From a virus (Duplodnaviria; Caudoviricetes), in the IMG/VR virus record IMGVR_UViG_3300038678_000070, positions 1 to 56,648 of that record: 56,648 bases of DNA; one strand, 5' to 3'. Position 1 is the stretch's first letter. Every line of letters starts with the position of its first letter. The translations under genes and the position numbers were made by a program. The notes beneath the pieces were generated by a model that did no database searches, was not told where the DNA came from, and was given only the letters and a program-made list of their open reading frames with translations. Shown here piece by piece: positions 54,996 to 56,648 of this stretch.

Positions 54996-56571
54996 GTTTT
55001 CAGCCTTCTACGAAGAGCTGTCGCCTAAAGAAAAGAAAGAGTTTGATGCGGTGATTGAGCAGGATGTGTCCAGATCTATCTGGATTCCGCTTGTCAACGA
55101 GAAAGACTCGGCCCAAAAGACCCCGCAACAATTGGCGGTAGATTCAGAAGCCGACATACTCCTGTATGGAGGCGCCGCCTTTGGGGGCAAGACAAACATG
55201 CTGTGCGGGCTTGCCCTGACAGCCCACAAAAGGACTTCTATCTTTCGTAGGAAGAAGGAAGACCTGATGCCGATATCAGAAGAACTGATTAAAATCAGAG
55301 GCACTAAAAAAGGGTACAACAGTCAACTCAAGAGGTTGAATACTGAAGATGGACGAAACATACGACTGGCGGGGATGCAGTACGAACAGGACAAGCAATC
55401 CTTTAAAGGGGATGCAAGGGATGGTTATTTTTTCGACGAGATCGTTGACTTCTCCGAGAGTCAGTTTCGATTCGTTATCACTTGGAACCGATCTGCTGAT
55501 CCCAAGCAAAGATGTCGAGTCATTTGCACAACGAATCCGCCGACCAATAATGATGGAGACTGGATTATCGGATTCTGGGGGCCGTGGTTGGACCCGGATT
55601 ACCCTAATCCCGCGCTCCCAGGAGAGTTAAGATGGTTTATTTCAGATGAAGAGGGAAAGGACAGAGAGGTTCCCGGCCCAGAACCAGTTCCCGTTAATGG
55701 GGAACCGGCCTATCCGAAAAGCAGGACTTTCATTCCATCGTCTATTGACGATAATCCTTTCGCGACAATCGCATACCGCGCAACGCTGCAATCATTACCG
55801 GAACCTCTCCGTTCTCAAATGCTCACAGGTGACTTCTTGGCAGGCAGAGAAGATGACCCGTGGCAGGTTATTCCTACCGAGTGGGTAGAAGCGGCGATGG
55901 ACCGCTGGCCTGAGAAGAAGCCTCCTCACTTGAAGATGGATACAATTGGGGTAGATACAGCCAGAGGCGGCAAGGACTTATTCGTCCTTGCGCCGAGATA
56001 TGACTGGTGGTTTGATGAGTTGGTAATAGTTAAAGGGGAGGACGTCCCTGATGGTCCTAAAGGTGCGGCTCTAGTCACACAACACGTCAGAAACGGGGCC
56101 AGTATCAACATTGATATCATTGGCGGGTCAGGGACTTCAGTATACGACCATCTTAAACAAGTTGGCGCAAATGTCAACCCTGTTGATGGTCGGCACGAAA
56201 GTCATGCCAGAGACATGACTGGCTCAATCGGGTTTTTTAATAAGCGCGCCGAGAACTACTGGAGGCTCAGAGAAGCTCTTGACCCAGACTCAGGAGAGAA
56301 CATCGCCCTGCCGTTTGACAGACTCCTAAAGTCTGATCTGACAACTCCGAGATGGAGGATGACGGCACGGGGCATACAGGTTGAAGGGAAATATTCTCAG
56401 ACCTCCGACGGCTTTGGTGACATCATAAAACGCATCGGCAGGTCAACGGATAGGGGTGACGCGATTGTCTATGCCTTTGTTGAGGGCAAGAAGAAATTCA
56501 CTCGATTTGCGCGTGGGCCAAGCCGCGCAAATAGTCAGTATAATATTTCTAAACGATGGCGGAAGACATAA
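54979..56571 (+). CDS. terL: Terminase large subunit
   Basis: Walker A YGGAAFGGKT, Walker B FFDE, TTNP, nuclease GVDTARGGKD, RSTDRGDA. Confidence 0.95.
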   Translation: MTTKAEFSAFYEELSPKEKKEFDAVIEQDVSRSIWIPLVNEKDSAQKTPQQLAVDSEADILLYGGAAFGGKTNMLCGLALTAHKRTSIFRRKKEDLMPISEELIKIRGTKKGYNSQLKRLNTEDGRNIRLAGMQYEQDKQSFKGDARDGYFFDEIVDFSESQFRFVITWNRSADPKQRCRVICTTNPPTNNDGDWIIGFWGPWLDPDYPNPALPGELRWFISDEEGKDREVPGPEPVPVNGEPAYPKSRTFIPSSIDDNPFATIAYRATLQSLPEPLRSQMLTGDFLAGREDDPWQVIPTEWVEAAMDRWPEKKPPHLKMDTIGVDTARGGKDLFVLAPRYDWWFDELVIVKGEDVPDGPKGAALVTQHVRNGASINIDIIGGSGTSVYDHLKQVGANVNPVDGRHESHARDMTGSIGFFNKRAENYWRLREALDPDSGENIALPFDRLLKSDLTTPRWRMTARGIQVEGKYSQTSDGFGDIIKRIGRSTDRGDAIVYAFVEGKKKFTRFARGPSRANSQYNISKRWRKT

Positions 56572-56648
56572 TGGCTACTTGCAATTGCACAGGACAATGT
56601 AGAGATGGGAAAGGGTGCGGTGGTACTAAATTTCAAGAGAAAGAGCCT
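56522..56648. repeat. Terminal direct repeat, right copy
   Basis: Identical to 1-127. Confidence 0.95.

Noticed and set aside
56522-56648. 127-bp terminal repeat as biological terminal redundancy
   Set aside because: Length equals a standard assembler k-mer and it falls across the end of terL; best read as a circular overlap
1-56648. Alternative genetic code or prophage state
   Set aside because: Core genes are intact under the standard code; no integrase, repressor or host flanks were recognised

Overview
This is an apparently complete, circularly assembled dsDNA tailed phage genome of about 56,521 bp; positions 1-127 are repeated exactly at 56522-56648. The architecture is podovirus-like (T7/BPP-1-type portal, scaffold, major capsid, tail tubular A/B, ejection proteins, tail fibre). 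I recognise no RNA polymerase, DNA polymerase, integrase or reverse transcriptase. The + strand packaging/virion block runs from about 53.3 kb through the origin to 28.4 kb. The - strand block (28.4-47.5 kb) holds lysis genes, tRNA-Thr(UGU), VRR-NUC, a primase-helicase, a Rad52-like annealase and many small early genes. A divergent control region and probable origin lies at 47.5-48.8 kb. Spanins and sigma70-type promoters indicate a diderm host. Highlights: (1) a phage-encoded secreted class I c-type cytochrome; (2) three paralogous capsid-cement domains carrying progressively larger payloads, including a degenerate polysaccharide deacetylase, separated by terminators; (3) several structured non-coding elements, two sharing a three-way-junction core and one tRNA-like; (4) a small Cys-rich gene family with near-identical DNA flanks around unrelated cores; (5) eight free-standing HNH genes, five of them HNH-AP2; (6) a stand-alone Xre/MbcA/ParS antitoxin-like domain. 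All functional calls come from motif recognition by eye; no searches or folding programs were run.
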